A DNA stretch of 32,000 nt from Zymobacter palmae (GTDB lineage: Bacteria > Pseudomonadota > Gammaproteobacteria > Pseudomonadales > Halomonadaceae). Where the stretch lies: positions 1,924,035-1,956,034 of the forward strand of contig NZ_AP018933.1 of the NCBI RefSeq assembly GCF_003610015.1, read 5' to 3'. Positions within the stretch are counted from its first letter, which is position 1; each line of letters opens with the position of its first letter. The notes under the pieces were generated by a model. It was given only the letters and a program-made list of their open reading frames with translations. It made no database searches and was not told where the DNA came from. The position numbers and the translations under genes are program-made. Shown one piece after another: positions 1 to 10,168 of the stretch.

Positions 1-976
1 TCAGCTTAGCCGCTTCTTCATCAAAGATGTCGATGAAGGAATTACCGATGATCTTGCGCTTAGCTTCGGGGTCAGTAATGCCCGCCAGCTTACCGAGGAA
101 CAGGTCTTCGGCATCGACACGGATGACCTTAACACCCATGTTGTCGGCGAAGGTCTTCATGACCTGATCGCCTTCATTTTTGCGCAGCAGACCGTTGTCC
201 ACGAACACGCAGGTCAGCTGGTCGCCAATGGCTTTGTGCAGCAGCGCTGCAACAACAGAAGAGTCGACACCGCCAGAGAGCGCCAGCAGTACCTTGCGCT
301 TGCCGACCAGTTCGCGTACGCGATCTACTTGGTCGTCGATGATGCGTGCCGGTGTCCACAGGCATTCGCAGCCACAGATATCGACAACGAAGCGCTGGAG
401 CAGCTCTTGGCCTTTGATGGAGTGCGTGACTTCCGGGTGGAACTGCACGCCATAGAAATCTTTTTCAGCCCATGACATGGCGGCGATCGGGCAAGTATCG
501 GTAGACGCCGTTACGCTGAACTGCGCAGGCGCGGTACCGACCTTATCACCGTGGCTCATCCACACATCCAGCAGCGGCTTGCCGTTGGCATCGACAGCGT
601 CTTGCAGGCCTGCGAAAAGGCGATCTTCGACGTCGACACGCACCTGTGCGTAGCCGAATTCATGCTTGTCGGAGCCGATCGTCTTGCCGCCCAGCTGCTC
701 GGCCATTGCCTGCATGCCGTAGCAGATACCGAATACCGGCAGGCCCAGCTCGAATACGCAGTCAGGAATGCGCGGCGAGTTGTCGGCATGAACGGATTCC
801 GGGCTACCGGAAAGAATGATCCCGTTAGGATTGAATGCACGAATCTCGTCTTCGCTCATATCAAACGGGTGGATTTCGCAGAACACGCCGATTTCACGCA
901 CGCGACGTGCGATCAGCTGTGTGTACTGCGACCCGAAATCAAGGATCAGGATTTTGTGGGCGTGGATGTCGTGCAT
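1..976 (-). CDS. guaA: GMP synthase (glutamine-hydrolysing), N-terminal ~325 codons; the 3' end runs off the window
   Basis: Minus-strand translation from the ATG at 976 reads [32 protein letters not shown] (class-I amidotransferase N-terminus). It continues open to position 1 through the [12 protein letters not shown]-loop motif. It lies directly downstream of guaB, as in guaBA operons. It is absent from the ORF track because no stop lies inside the window. Confidence 0.93.
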   Translation of the reverse strand, partial: MHDIHAHKILILDFGSQYTQLIARRVREIGVFCEIHPFDMSEDEIRAFNPNGIILSGSPESVHADNSPRIPDCVFELGLPVFGICYGMQAMAEQLGGKTIGSDKHEFGYAQVRVDVEDRLFAGLQDAVDANGKPLLDVWMSHGDKVGTAPAQFSVTASTDTCPIAAMSWAEKDFYGVQFHPEVTHSIKGQELLQRFVVDICGCECLWTPARIIDDQVDRVRELVGKRKVLLALSGGVDSSVVAALLHKAIGDQLTCVFVDNGLLRKNEGDQVMKTFADNMGVKVIRVDAEDLFLGKLAGITDPEAKRKIIGNSFIDIFDEEAAKL

Positions 977-1040
977 GGAAAAGACCGTCCGCTTTTATGG
1001 CTAAAGGAGCATGAGCTCGCGATGTCATGAACGCTTGAAG

Positions 1041-1069
1041 AGCAGTGAGAGGAACGCCCTCTCACTGCT
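1041..1069 (-). other. Intercistronic stem-loop between guaB and guaA (12-bp perfect stem, 5-nt loop, no U-tract)
   Basis: agcagtgagagg (1041-1052) and cctctcactgct (1058-1069) are exact reverse complements. The element sits in the 124-bp guaB-guaA gap. The flanking sequence is not T-rich on the minus strand, so it is not a canonical intrinsic terminator. Confidence 0.5.
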
Positions 1070-1100
1070 GACACTGTATCGCTTCTCTATCGGGAAGGGA

Positions 1101-2726
<1,626 letters not shown>

Positions 2727-2862
2727 TCATCCATTCAGCCATTCGACACTGTAATGCTGGGCCGCCCGAATCCCTGACTCGCTGTGGAGCCTGCGGGGGC
2801 GTTGCCAAGAGCATATTCAGGTCGATCATAATCAGGCATCGGCGTATGAAAATTGATGCGGC

Positions 2863-2891
2863 ATTCTAACCGATCACTCGGAATACGACAA
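2863..2891 (-). promoter_or_regulatory. Candidate sigma70 promoter reading toward guaB
   Basis: On the minus strand: TTGTCG (2891-2886), an exact 17-nt spacer, then TAGAAT (2868-2863), preceded by the A-rich cataaaaga. If used, it implies a leader of roughly 290 nt before the guaB ATG. This is sequence-pattern evidence only. Confidence 0.3.
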
Positions 2892-3003
2892 TCTTTTATG
2901 TGCTATATCGTGGATGACCGCTCCCCCTGTTAAGATAGAGTGGTCTGCGGTATACCCTGCCTATAGGTGCCGCTCCGGAAGAATCTGCTGGGGTATCGTC
3001 ACC

Positions 3004-4500
3004 ATGAGTTTTCCTCCCTCCTCTACGGCTCCCGCTGAACCTGGCTCAGCGCCAGAGCAGGCGCTTTCGGTCTCTGAACTGAACCGCTCGGCGCGGCTAT
3101 TGCTGGAGCGCCACTTGCCCTATTGTTGGATAGAGGGTGAGATATCGTCGCTTTCGCAGCCCTCTTCGGGGCACGCCTATTTCACGCTCAAGGATGCTCA
3201 CGCTCAGGTACGCTGTGCGCTGTTCCGCCAGCAGGCTCGCTTTGTGGCGGCACCACTGCGTGAAGGCGCGCAGGTGCAGGTACGCGCGCAAATTTCACTC
3301 TATGAGCCGCGTGGGGACTACCAGCTGATCGTGGAGGCGGTACGAGCTGTGGGACACGGTGCCTTGCTGCAAGCCTTGGAAGCGCTGCGTCAGCGTCTGA
3401 ACGAGGAAGGGTTGTTTGCTAAATCGCAGCCGCTGCCTTATCCCCCCCGTCATCTGGGACTGATCACGTCTCCGACAGGCGCGGCGATCAAGGATGTAAT
3501 GGCGGTATTGGCCGCGCGCTGGCCGGGTATCCAAGTCAGCCTGTTACCCGTACCGGTGCAGGGTCAGCAGGCCCCCGACGCTATCGTCAGTGCCCTACAG
3601 GCAGCCAATCGTGATGGACGCTTCGATGCACTATTGCTAACGCGTGGCGGCGGGAGTTTCGAAGACCTTAACGTCTTCAACGATGAACGTATTGCCCGTG
3701 CCCTGCATGCCTCACGCATTCCGGTGCTGTCCGCCATCGGCCACGAGATCGATTCGACCATCGCCGACCTAGCGGCAGATGCGGCAGCGCCGACACCGTC
3801 GGCAGCCGCTGAACGCTTGACGCCCGACCAGCGCGACACGCGCCGCCGACTGGTCCAGTTAGCTCACCGCCTGCTCAATGCACAGCATCATATTCTGCAT
3901 ACGGCTCGTCAGCGCATCGACCACCTATCCTTGCGTCTGCGCGATCCAAGCGATTATCTGCGCCACCAGCGCCAACGGCTCGAAGCACTGACCCATCGAC
4001 TTTGGCACGCCCAGACGGCCCGCTTAGGTGAGGCCCGCCAACAGTTGTCCCTTTTACAAGCACGTCTGCGCCACCCTCAAGCGCTACTGGATGAGCAGCG
4101 CCAGCGTTTGATGACCCTGCGCCAACGCCTGATACAAGCTCAGCACCAGCGCTTCCATCATTATCAGCAGCGCTGGCAGCACCTTTATGAACGCTTCGAG
4201 CGTCAACGGGCACAGCTGACACTGCTGCCGCTTCAGCAGCAGCTCGACACACTGCACAACCGCTTGCAGCGCGCTCAACACCAAGGATTGGCACGCTATC
4301 AGCAACGGCTGGCGTTCTTGATGCACCGATTGGATGGCGTAAGCCCGCTACAAACCCTCAAGCGCGGCTATGCCGTCGTGCGCAGCGGTCAGCAGGTCAT
4401 CACACAAGTCGAAGAAGTCAGCATTGGCCAAACACTCGACGTCGAGCTGGACAACGGTACGCTGCACGTCAAGGTCGAGGAGCAGCAGTTCAAGGCATAA
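3004..4500 (+). CDS. xseA: Exodeoxyribonuclease VII large subunit (498 aa)
   Basis: The translation has LSVSELNRSARLLLERHL..WIEGEISSLSQPSSGHAYFTLKD (OB-fold N-terminus), ITSPTGAAIKD, TRGGGSFEDL and a long Q/R/L-rich coiled-coil tail ending LKRGYAVV. It is divergent from guaBA, as in E. coli. The internal ATG at 3004 fits the family N-terminal length better than the track start at 2914. Confidence 0.9.
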   Translation: MSFPPSSTAPAEPGSAPEQALSVSELNRSARLLLERHLPYCWIEGEISSLSQPSSGHAYFTLKDAHAQVRCALFRQQARFVAAPLREGAQVQVRAQISLYEPRGDYQLIVEAVRAVGHGALLQALEALRQRLNEEGLFAKSQPLPYPPRHLGLITSPTGAAIKDVMAVLAARWPGIQVSLLPVPVQGQQAPDAIVSALQAANRDGRFDALLLTRGGGSFEDLNVFNDERIARALHASRIPVLSAIGHEIDSTIADLAADAAAPTPSAAAERLTPDQRDTRRRLVQLAHRLLNAQHHILHTARQRIDHLSLRLRDPSDYLRHQRQRLEALTHRLWHAQTARLGEARQQLSLLQARLRHPQALLDEQRQRLMTLRQRLIQAQHQRFHHYQQRWQHLYERFERQRAQLTLLPLQQQLDTLHNRLQRAQHQGLARYQQRLAFLMHRLDGVSPLQTLKRGYAVVRSGQQVITQVEEVSIGQTLDVELDNGTLHVKVEEQQFKA

Positions 4501-4623
4501 GGTCTGACCTCATGCCCTGACGGCTGCCTCTATATTAGGCGCTGCATATACCGTCAACGCCGCCACCCACAACGACGTAGCTCACTCTCGAATCCACCGC
4601 TATTGCCGTGCCATACGTTACGG

Positions 4624-5175
4624 CTAGCGAGTGGCGCCTACCGGTCGCCCGCTCATTACAGCTTCGATATGAGCCAGCTCATCCAGCTTGCGCTGCAACT
4701 CGGCATTCTGCCGTTCGAGCGTATCAATGCGCTGTGCTTTCGATGAACTGCTGTGAGAAGGTTCGGCCACCGGCGTACTCTGCTGTTGCAACTTCAGGCG
4801 CAGATCAATCTCGTGCTGCCATTGTTGCACCAACATCACCAGTTCGCGCGGCAGCGAGGGCATAACGGAAGAGTACATGCGCTGCGCTTCACGCCAGCGA
4901 GCGGGGTTGGTATCCCAAGCGTACATTGTGGCCCGTACCATCACCGAGCGTGGCGAACTAGTGGTCATACGTTCCGCCACGCGCCGCCGCCACTCGGGGG
5001 TCGCCACACGCGCCTGCTGAGAAAACGCCAGCCACTCGGGCAGCATACAGGAGGAGGATTCTAGGTTAGGAACACTGTGCAAAGCACAGGAATTCAAGGA
5101 CATGCCTGTCGACTGGCATCCTGCCAGAGACGACATGAGGAGAATGACGGCAAGCTTCCAGGTGCTTCGTCTCAT
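4624..5175 (-). CDS. Lipoprotein, QseG/YfhG-like (183 aa)
   Basis: The signal peptide has the lipobox LAGC (MRRSTWKLAVILLMSSLAGCQS). The C-terminal half (LPRELVMLVQQWQHEIDLRLKLQQQ ... IDTLERQNAELQRKLDELAHIEAVMSGRP) parallels my recollection of the E. coli QseG tail (Q-rich coiled coil ending ..LTDIERQLSTRKP). It lies immediately downstream of a GlrK-like kinase, the position yfhG holds in glrK-yfhG-glrR. Confidence 0.6.
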   Translation of the reverse strand: MRRSTWKLAVILLMSSLAGCQSTGMSLNSCALHSVPNLESSSCMLPEWLAFSQQARVATPEWRRRVAERMTTSSPRSVMVRATMYAWDTNPARWREAQRMYSSVMPSLPRELVMLVQQWQHEIDLRLKLQQQSTPVAEPSHSSSSKAQRIDTLERQNAELQRKLDELAHIEAVMSGRPVGATR

Positions 5176-5331
5176 AACGTCGTGACTTCCCAGCGTAAGT
5201 AAGCAGGGCTAAGAAAAGAATACGCCACCCGTGTCATCACGATGCCGCCCCCACCCTCTTCGCCGAGAGCCGCCAGATCGTCTTCAACAGACATCGCTGC
5301 ATTCCATTCCTGCCTTTTGTTCGTGATGCCA

Positions 5332-6843
5332 TCATGCGGAGGTGCTGCCGTGAGGACGCGGCAATGACAGTCGGAAACAGACATCCTCATCGGCATCTTC
5401 GACCAGTTCCAACCGACCGTTCTGCAGGTGAGCGCTTTCGGCTGCAATGGACAATCCGATGCCAGACCCCTTCAATGGCCCACTTCGGCGCGTCTGTCCC
5501 TGATAGAACGGTTCGAACAGATGCGCTTGATCCTGGGCACTGATCTTTTCGCCACTGTTGGCCACCTCGACGATCAGGTGTTCATCAGTGCACCATGCGC
5601 GCATCCACAGAAAACCGTTATCTTCGCCATAGGCAATGGTATTAGAAACGAGGTTGTCGATGATGCGGCCCGTGCGCACGCGATCCGCTTCCCAGTAGAC
5701 GGGTTGGCGTGGCACTTCGACGTGCATGCCTTTGCTTTCAAACGCCAATCGATGCTTGCTCAGCACTTCATGTATCAGTGTGACGACATCGAAACGCGAT
5801 AGCGTGATGCTTCGATTATGTTGCAATACATTATAATCGAGCAACTGCTCGATCAAAGTCTGCAGCTCCGCACTGCTCTCGTCGATGAGCAGGATGATTT
5901 CGCGCTGACGCTTGCCCAGCGGTCCGGCCATGCCGTCGGCCAACAACCCCGTGCCTTCGCGGATCGCGGCCAGCGGCGTCTTCAGCTCGTGGGACATGTG
6001 ACGCAGGAAACGCTGTTTCTGCGCTTCCAGATCGTCGAGCCGTTCACCCAGCCAATCCAGTCGCTCGCCAAGCCGTACCAGCTCGGCCGGACCTTCGATC
6101 GGCGGGTGTTCTTCACGCTGACCACCGCCCAGCGACAGAATGCGCTGTTCGAGCTGCCGGATCGGGTGAGTGATCTTCCAGCTGAAGAAGATGATGGCCA
6201 CCAGGCTCAGCGATACCAGCAGCGCCAGCTTGAGCATCAGGTCGGCGTAGATAACGCGTGCACGCTCACGGATATGATCAATGCGGGTATCGACACGGTC
6301 ACGCGTCACCAGCATCTGCGTGTCAACGCTCTCCGAAAACGGCCCAAACTGGGCCAGCTGTGCCCTCACGCGCTGACGATAAGACGGCGCTTCGCGAATA
6401 CTGCGCGCAGGCACGGCATCGGAGCGGCCGTTTTCAGCGCTGCCACTGCCATCAGGGAAACGACGCAGTCCGTCCAGCTGGCTGCGCAACGTGCCGATCA
6501 CTTCCGGGGTATCCAAACGCACAGCCTGCTGTTCCAGCAGGTCGCTGAAACGGTCGACGCGCTCACGGTAGGCCGCCAGAATATTGGCATCCTCAAGCAC
6601 GGCATATTGGCGAGCACTGCGCTCCATCTCCGTCGCGTACGTCATCATCGCCTGCGCTCGCCGCGTATCTTCCACTGCTTGGCGCGCGCTGCTGTCTGCC
6701 AGTTCGGACAGTTCCGACAAGGCCTGCCCGGCCTGATAGATCAGCACGATGATCGGCAGCATGGTGACACCGAACCCGAGCAGGACCAGCCTTAGCAGCG
6801 AGCGCGACCTGAAGATATCAATGGGTGCAGAAGCCTTGATCAT
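5332..6843 (-). CDS. glrK: Two-component sensor histidine kinase, GlrK/QseE-like (503 aa)
   Basis: Two TM segments flank a periplasmic region of about 200 aa containing EMERSARQYAVLED (GlrK has EMERSYRQYCVLDD as I recall it). The HisKA box is FLRHMSHELKTPLAAIREGTGLLADG. The HATPase region has LFEPFYQGQ..GSGIGLSIA and ends DVCFRLSLP. Start chosen at the ATG at 6843 (MIKASAPIDIFRSRSLLRLV), which matches the short family N-terminus; upstream ATGs at 6888, 6906 and 6924 are alternatives. Confidence 0.7.
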   Translation of the reverse strand: MIKASAPIDIFRSRSLLRLVLLGFGVTMLPIIVLIYQAGQALSELSELADSSARQAVEDTRRAQAMMTYATEMERSARQYAVLEDANILAAYRERVDRFSDLLEQQAVRLDTPEVIGTLRSQLDGLRRFPDGSGSAENGRSDAVPARSIREAPSYRQRVRAQLAQFGPFSESVDTQMLVTRDRVDTRIDHIRERARVIYADLMLKLALLVSLSLVAIIFFSWKITHPIRQLEQRILSLGGGQREEHPPIEGPAELVRLGERLDWLGERLDDLEAQKQRFLRHMSHELKTPLAAIREGTGLLADGMAGPLGKRQREIILLIDESSAELQTLIEQLLDYNVLQHNRSITLSRFDVVTLIHEVLSKHRLAFESKGMHVEVPRQPVYWEADRVRTGRIIDNLVSNTIAYGEDNGFLWMRAWCTDEHLIVEVANSGEKISAQDQAHLFEPFYQGQTRRSGPLKGSGIGLSIAAESAHLQNGRLELVEDADEDVCFRLSLPRPHGSTSA

Positions 6844-6934
6844 CGTGTTGCATCTCGTCAGAAATAAAGTAGCGATCAGTTCGCGCATGGCAAAGAGGGT
6901 TCTCATGCCGCTCCGAACGCACATGAGGCTAGGG

Positions 6935-8263
6935 TCACACCAAAGGTTTTATCAATACCTTTGAGTTACGCTGCGTATTGTAAGCTGAACGACGCGCTTC
7001 CGGCAGCTGATCTATGCCAGCAGGTAAAAATCCATGCTCAAGGAACCAGTGTGCCGTGTGTGTGGTGAGTGCAAATAGCTGTCGAAGTCCCTGCTTGCGC
7101 GCGCGCTGCTCAATAGCCTCCAGCAGGCGCGTACCGCGCTCGCCATCACGATACCCTTCATGCACGGCCACGCAGGCAAGTTCGCCGCAGCCTTCCTGAG
7201 CATAGCTGTGCAAAGCAGCGCAGCCGATGGTCATTCCGTCGCGGTCGATGACCGTATAGTCACCAATCTGCTGTTCGAGACGTTCACGCGAACGCGGCAC
7301 CAGTATCTGGCGCTCTTCGAGCGGCCGCAGCAATTCCATCAGACCGGCAATGTCAGCGCTGGTGGCAATACGCAACTGTTCATAGCGCTCTTGGGTGATC
7401 ATGGTGCCCATCCCATCGCGGGTGAACAGCTCGCCCAGCAGCGCATCTCGATCGTTCCAGTTCAGGATATGGGTACGCTTGACGCCTTTGCGTGCGGCAA
7501 GACAGGCCGCTTCCAACTGATGGTGCAGTGATTCGGGCATGCTGACAGCGCTGAGCTGGCGAGCCTGTTCCGGCTCCATCTGGTGCTGCAACGCACCGTC
7601 TTCGCTGCGAACGCCATCGTGCTGCCCCAGCAGGATCAGCTTGTCGGCCTGCATGGCAATGGCCACTTGGCTGGCCACTTCGGTCGAATCGAGATCGAAC
7701 AGTTCTCCCGTACTGGAATAGCCGATAGGCGGGATGATCACCAGCATATCGCGCGCCAGCAGTTCGCTGATGGCATCGCTGCGCACGTGGCGCACATCAC
7801 CGGCATAGAGGCCGTCGACGCCATCACGCACGCCGAACGGTCGTGCCATGACGAAGTTACCACTTACGGTAACGATATCGAGACCGTGCAGCGGCGTATT
7901 GGGCAACCCTACGGAAAAGCGGGCTTCAATCATCATTCGCAGCTGTTGGGTCTGGGCGGCAATCACCGCCATACCATCCTGATCGACGATCCAGCGGCCA
8001 CGGAGCAGCTGCAGCGGGTGCTCAGAACGTGCCAACGCTGCCTGTGCCTGAGGCTTGCAGCCAAATACCAATACCAGCTTGACTCCCAGCGTATGTAGCA
8101 GGGCCAGATCCTGAATCAAGGCCTCACAGGGGGACTCAAACGCCTCACCTTCGACATGAATGACGAACGTACAGCCACGGTGGGCATCAATATAAGGAGC
8201 GCTGCCTCTGAATTCATTGGAAAGGAAGGTCGTTTTCACTTTTATCTGTCCCGATACAGTCAT
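6935..8263 (-). CDS. argA: Amino-acid N-acetyltransferase (N-acetylglutamate synthase), 442 aa
   Basis: An N-terminal amino-acid-kinase fold (FRGSAPYIDAHRGCTFVIHVEGEA) is joined to a C-terminal GNAT domain (ACVAVHEGYRDGERGTRLLEAIE). Length and order match ArgA. An alternative GTG start at 8239 cannot be excluded. Confidence 0.92.
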   Translation of the reverse strand: MTVSGQIKVKTTFLSNEFRGSAPYIDAHRGCTFVIHVEGEAFESPCEALIQDLALLHTLGVKLVLVFGCKPQAQAALARSEHPLQLLRGRWIVDQDGMAVIAAQTQQLRMMIEARFSVGLPNTPLHGLDIVTVSGNFVMARPFGVRDGVDGLYAGDVRHVRSDAISELLARDMLVIIPPIGYSSTGELFDLDSTEVASQVAIAMQADKLILLGQHDGVRSEDGALQHQMEPEQARQLSAVSMPESLHHQLEAACLAARKGVKRTHILNWNDRDALLGELFTRDGMGTMITQERYEQLRIATSADIAGLMELLRPLEERQILVPRSRERLEQQIGDYTVIDRDGMTIGCAALHSYAQEGCGELACVAVHEGYRDGERGTRLLEAIEQRARKQGLRQLFALTTHTAHWFLEHGFLPAGIDQLPEARRSAYNTQRNSKVLIKPLV

Positions 8264-8307
8264 CGTTACTGGCCGAGTGGATGCCCGTTCGGCCCGTGTC
8301 CTTTTTT

Positions 8308-8331
8308 ATTCGCTACGTCTATTCGCTACGT
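8308..8331. repeat. 11-bp direct repeat (attcgctacgt x2, 13-bp period) in the argA/CYTH divergent spacer
   Basis: attcgctacgt occurs at 8308-8318 and again at 8321-8331. It is followed by the inverted repeat tatcgc(8332-8337)-N8-gcgata(8346-8351). The direct repeats lie 45-68 nt upstream of the argA ATG, next to a T6 tract. Confidence 0.6.
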
Positions 8332-8570
8332 TATCGCCACATCATGCGATACGCGATTGCCTCGCACACGTTCGGTACGTCGCTCGCTGTAGCCTAGCGG
8401 CACGGCATTGTCCGCCTTTCTGCGCAGCGGACAGTGCCGACCAGACTGTGACTTGCCACGCGCGAGACGCTACACTGGCCGCCATTGCCTTCGAGCGCCG
8501 TTGCTCAAGGCTTGTCGTCAGGCGGATGCTTGGCGGCCTCTCTATCTGCTGCTACAAGGCGGTTCGCTAT

Positions 8571-9473
8571 ATGCCTTCACCTATAGAACTCGAACTCAAA
8601 CTGGCTCTAGATGCCGATGCGGTTGCCATCCTGCCTACCCTATCGCCATTGAGCAAGAGCGCTGTCGAACGTCTGGACATGCGCAATCAATACTTCGACA
8701 CGCCCAGCCGTGATCTGGAAGCGGCCCGCATGGCGCTGCGTATCCGCCGCTTCGGCGATACGATCGTGCAGACCGTTAAGACGGCAGGCCAAGGCTCCGG
8801 TGGCCTACATCGCCGCGGTGAGTGGGAATGGACACTGGACAGCGATCAGCTGGATACCCATGCACTCGTGCGTCTGGCTCAGCAGGAAGCGCAGCATTAT
8901 CCGGAACTGGCCTGTCTGGCATCGTTGGAGGTGGTTGAACAGCTTGCGCCGGTGTACACCACGGATTTCGTACGCCAGGCATGGCAACTGACGCTGGACG
9001 ATGGCAGTCACATCGAAGCGGCACTTGATCAGGGCATGATCCATTCCGGCCATCATACGCTGCCCATCCGCGAACTTGAGCTTGAACTAAAGCACGGTGA
9101 TACCGAAGCACTGTGGTCGCTGGCACGTACGCTGAGCCAACACATCGCACTGCGTCCGGCCAATGCGAGCAAAGCCCAGCGCGCCGTAGCACTCAGCGAG
9201 GGCTACCACGCTCCCCATCATACGGCGTCGAACGACACCGTGCTGTTCGACCGCGCCATTGATGCGCTGGATGCTGCCACGGATGGTTTCATGCCGGAAG
9301 GCTATGCCACGGCGGCCACGTTACTGGCCGAGCTATCGGCACGCCTGCCACAGCCTCTCAATGCAACCACGCATGCACTGGCCGACACACTGCGCAGACG
9401 CGGGGCAGACGCTCTTGATCAGGCATTCGGACAGCACTGTCTACGCCTGATGCAGCACTTCACCGCTGCCTGA
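8571..9473 (+). CDS. CYTH-domain protein (triphosphate tunnel metalloenzyme family), 300 aa
   Basis: The N-terminus MPSPIELELKLAL carries the CYTH ExExK signature. It is followed by RNQYFDTP, ALRIRRFGD..VQTVK and IRELELELKHGD. The track ORF start (8217) adds 118 codons of low-quality sequence across the divergent promoter region, so the ATG at 8571 is preferred. Confidence 0.8.
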   Translation: MPSPIELELKLALDADAVAILPTLSPLSKSAVERLDMRNQYFDTPSRDLEAARMALRIRRFGDTIVQTVKTAGQGSGGLHRRGEWEWTLDSDQLDTHALVRLAQQEAQHYPELACLASLEVVEQLAPVYTTDFVRQAWQLTLDDGSHIEAALDQGMIHSGHHTLPIRELELELKHGDTEALWSLARTLSQHIALRPANASKAQRAVALSEGYHAPHHTASNDTVLFDRAIDALDAATDGFMPEGYATAATLLAELSARLPQPLNATTHALADTLRRRGADALDQAFGQHCLRLMQHFTAA

Positions 9474-9490
9474 TCCTTTCGCTGCATGCA

Positions 9491-9526
9491 CATGGCCCCG
9501 GTACGATCGCTCGTGCCGGGGCCATG
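9491..9526. terminator. Hairpin between convergent genes (CYTH gene and yciO)
   Basis: catggccccgg (9491-9501) and ccggggccatg (9516-9526) are exact reverse complements, with further inner pairing acga/tcgt. The hairpin lies between two stop codons. Neither side has a clear T-tract, so intrinsic termination is uncertain. Confidence 0.45.
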
Positions 9527-9547
9527 CCGTCTATGCACTACCAAACG

Positions 9548-10168
9548 TCATTCGAACGGCGACACATCACCCTTACCACGGCGCAAAATCACAAAAGGCA
9601 ACTCACGCAGGTCAATGACAGAGGTCGGCTGGTGATCGCCGGCACCGCCGTCAATGATCGCATCCACCTGACGCTCATACTGTTCGCGAATCTCTTCGGG
9701 ATCGGTCAACGGATCCTCTTCACCGGCCGGAATCAGCGTGACGCTCATCAGTGGCTCGCCCAGCGCCGCGGACAGTGCACGCGTGATGGCATTGTCCGGT
9801 ACACGCACACCGATGGCACGGCGCTTAGGATGCAGCAGCTGACGCGGCACTTCGTTGGTCGCTTCGAGAATAAACGTGTATGGTCCTGGGGTATGAGCCT
9901 TCAGCACGCGGAAGATGCTGTTGTCGACATGGGCATAGGTACCGATTTCGGATAGATCGGCGCAGATCAGCGTCATGGGGTGACGATCGTCCAGTTCGCG
10001 CAGGCGACGGATGCGCTCGACCACCTTCTTCTCGCCCAGACGCCCACCCAGCGCGTAGCCAGAATCGGTTGGGTAGATAATGACGCCACCTTTACGCAGC
10101 ACGTCAACGGCTTGGTCGATCAGGCGGCCCTGGGGCGTTTCAGGATGAATCTGTAGGAATAGGCTCAT
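9548..10168 (-). CDS. yciO: Sua5/YciO/YrdC-family (L-threonylcarbamoyladenylate synthase-like) protein, 206 aa
   Basis: The translation has GGVIIYPTDSGYALG, HPMTLICADLS, TPGPYTFIL and RAIGVRVPDN. Its start overlaps the upstream PHP-domain gene stop as ATGA (10165-10168), reproducing the E. coli yciV-yciO pair. Confidence 0.88.
   Translation of the reverse strand: MSLFLQIHPETPQGRLIDQAVDVLRKGGVIIYPTDSGYALGGRLGEKKVVERIRRLRELDDRHPMTLICADLSEIGTYAHVDNSIFRVLKAHTPGPYTFILEATNEVPRQLLHPKRRAIGVRVPDNAITRALSAALGEPLMSVTLIPAGEEDPLTDPEEIREQYERQVDAIIDGGAGDHQPTSVIDLRELPFVILRRGKGDVSPFE

Noticed and set aside
5818-6795. 325-aa plus-strand ORF opposite the sensor kinase
   Set aside because: It is a shadow ORF antisense to a kinase with intact HisKA and HATPase motifs, and it has no motif or RBS of its own.
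8217-8570. 118-codon N-terminal extension of the CYTH ORF; analogous extensions occur for yciB (11229-11411), guaB (2568-2639), xseA (2914-3003), ccmD, ccmH and ccmA
   Set aside because: The extensions run through divergent promoter regions or upstream genes. They begin at alternative or SD-less codons and precede the point where family N-termini begin. Internal starts have better SD support.
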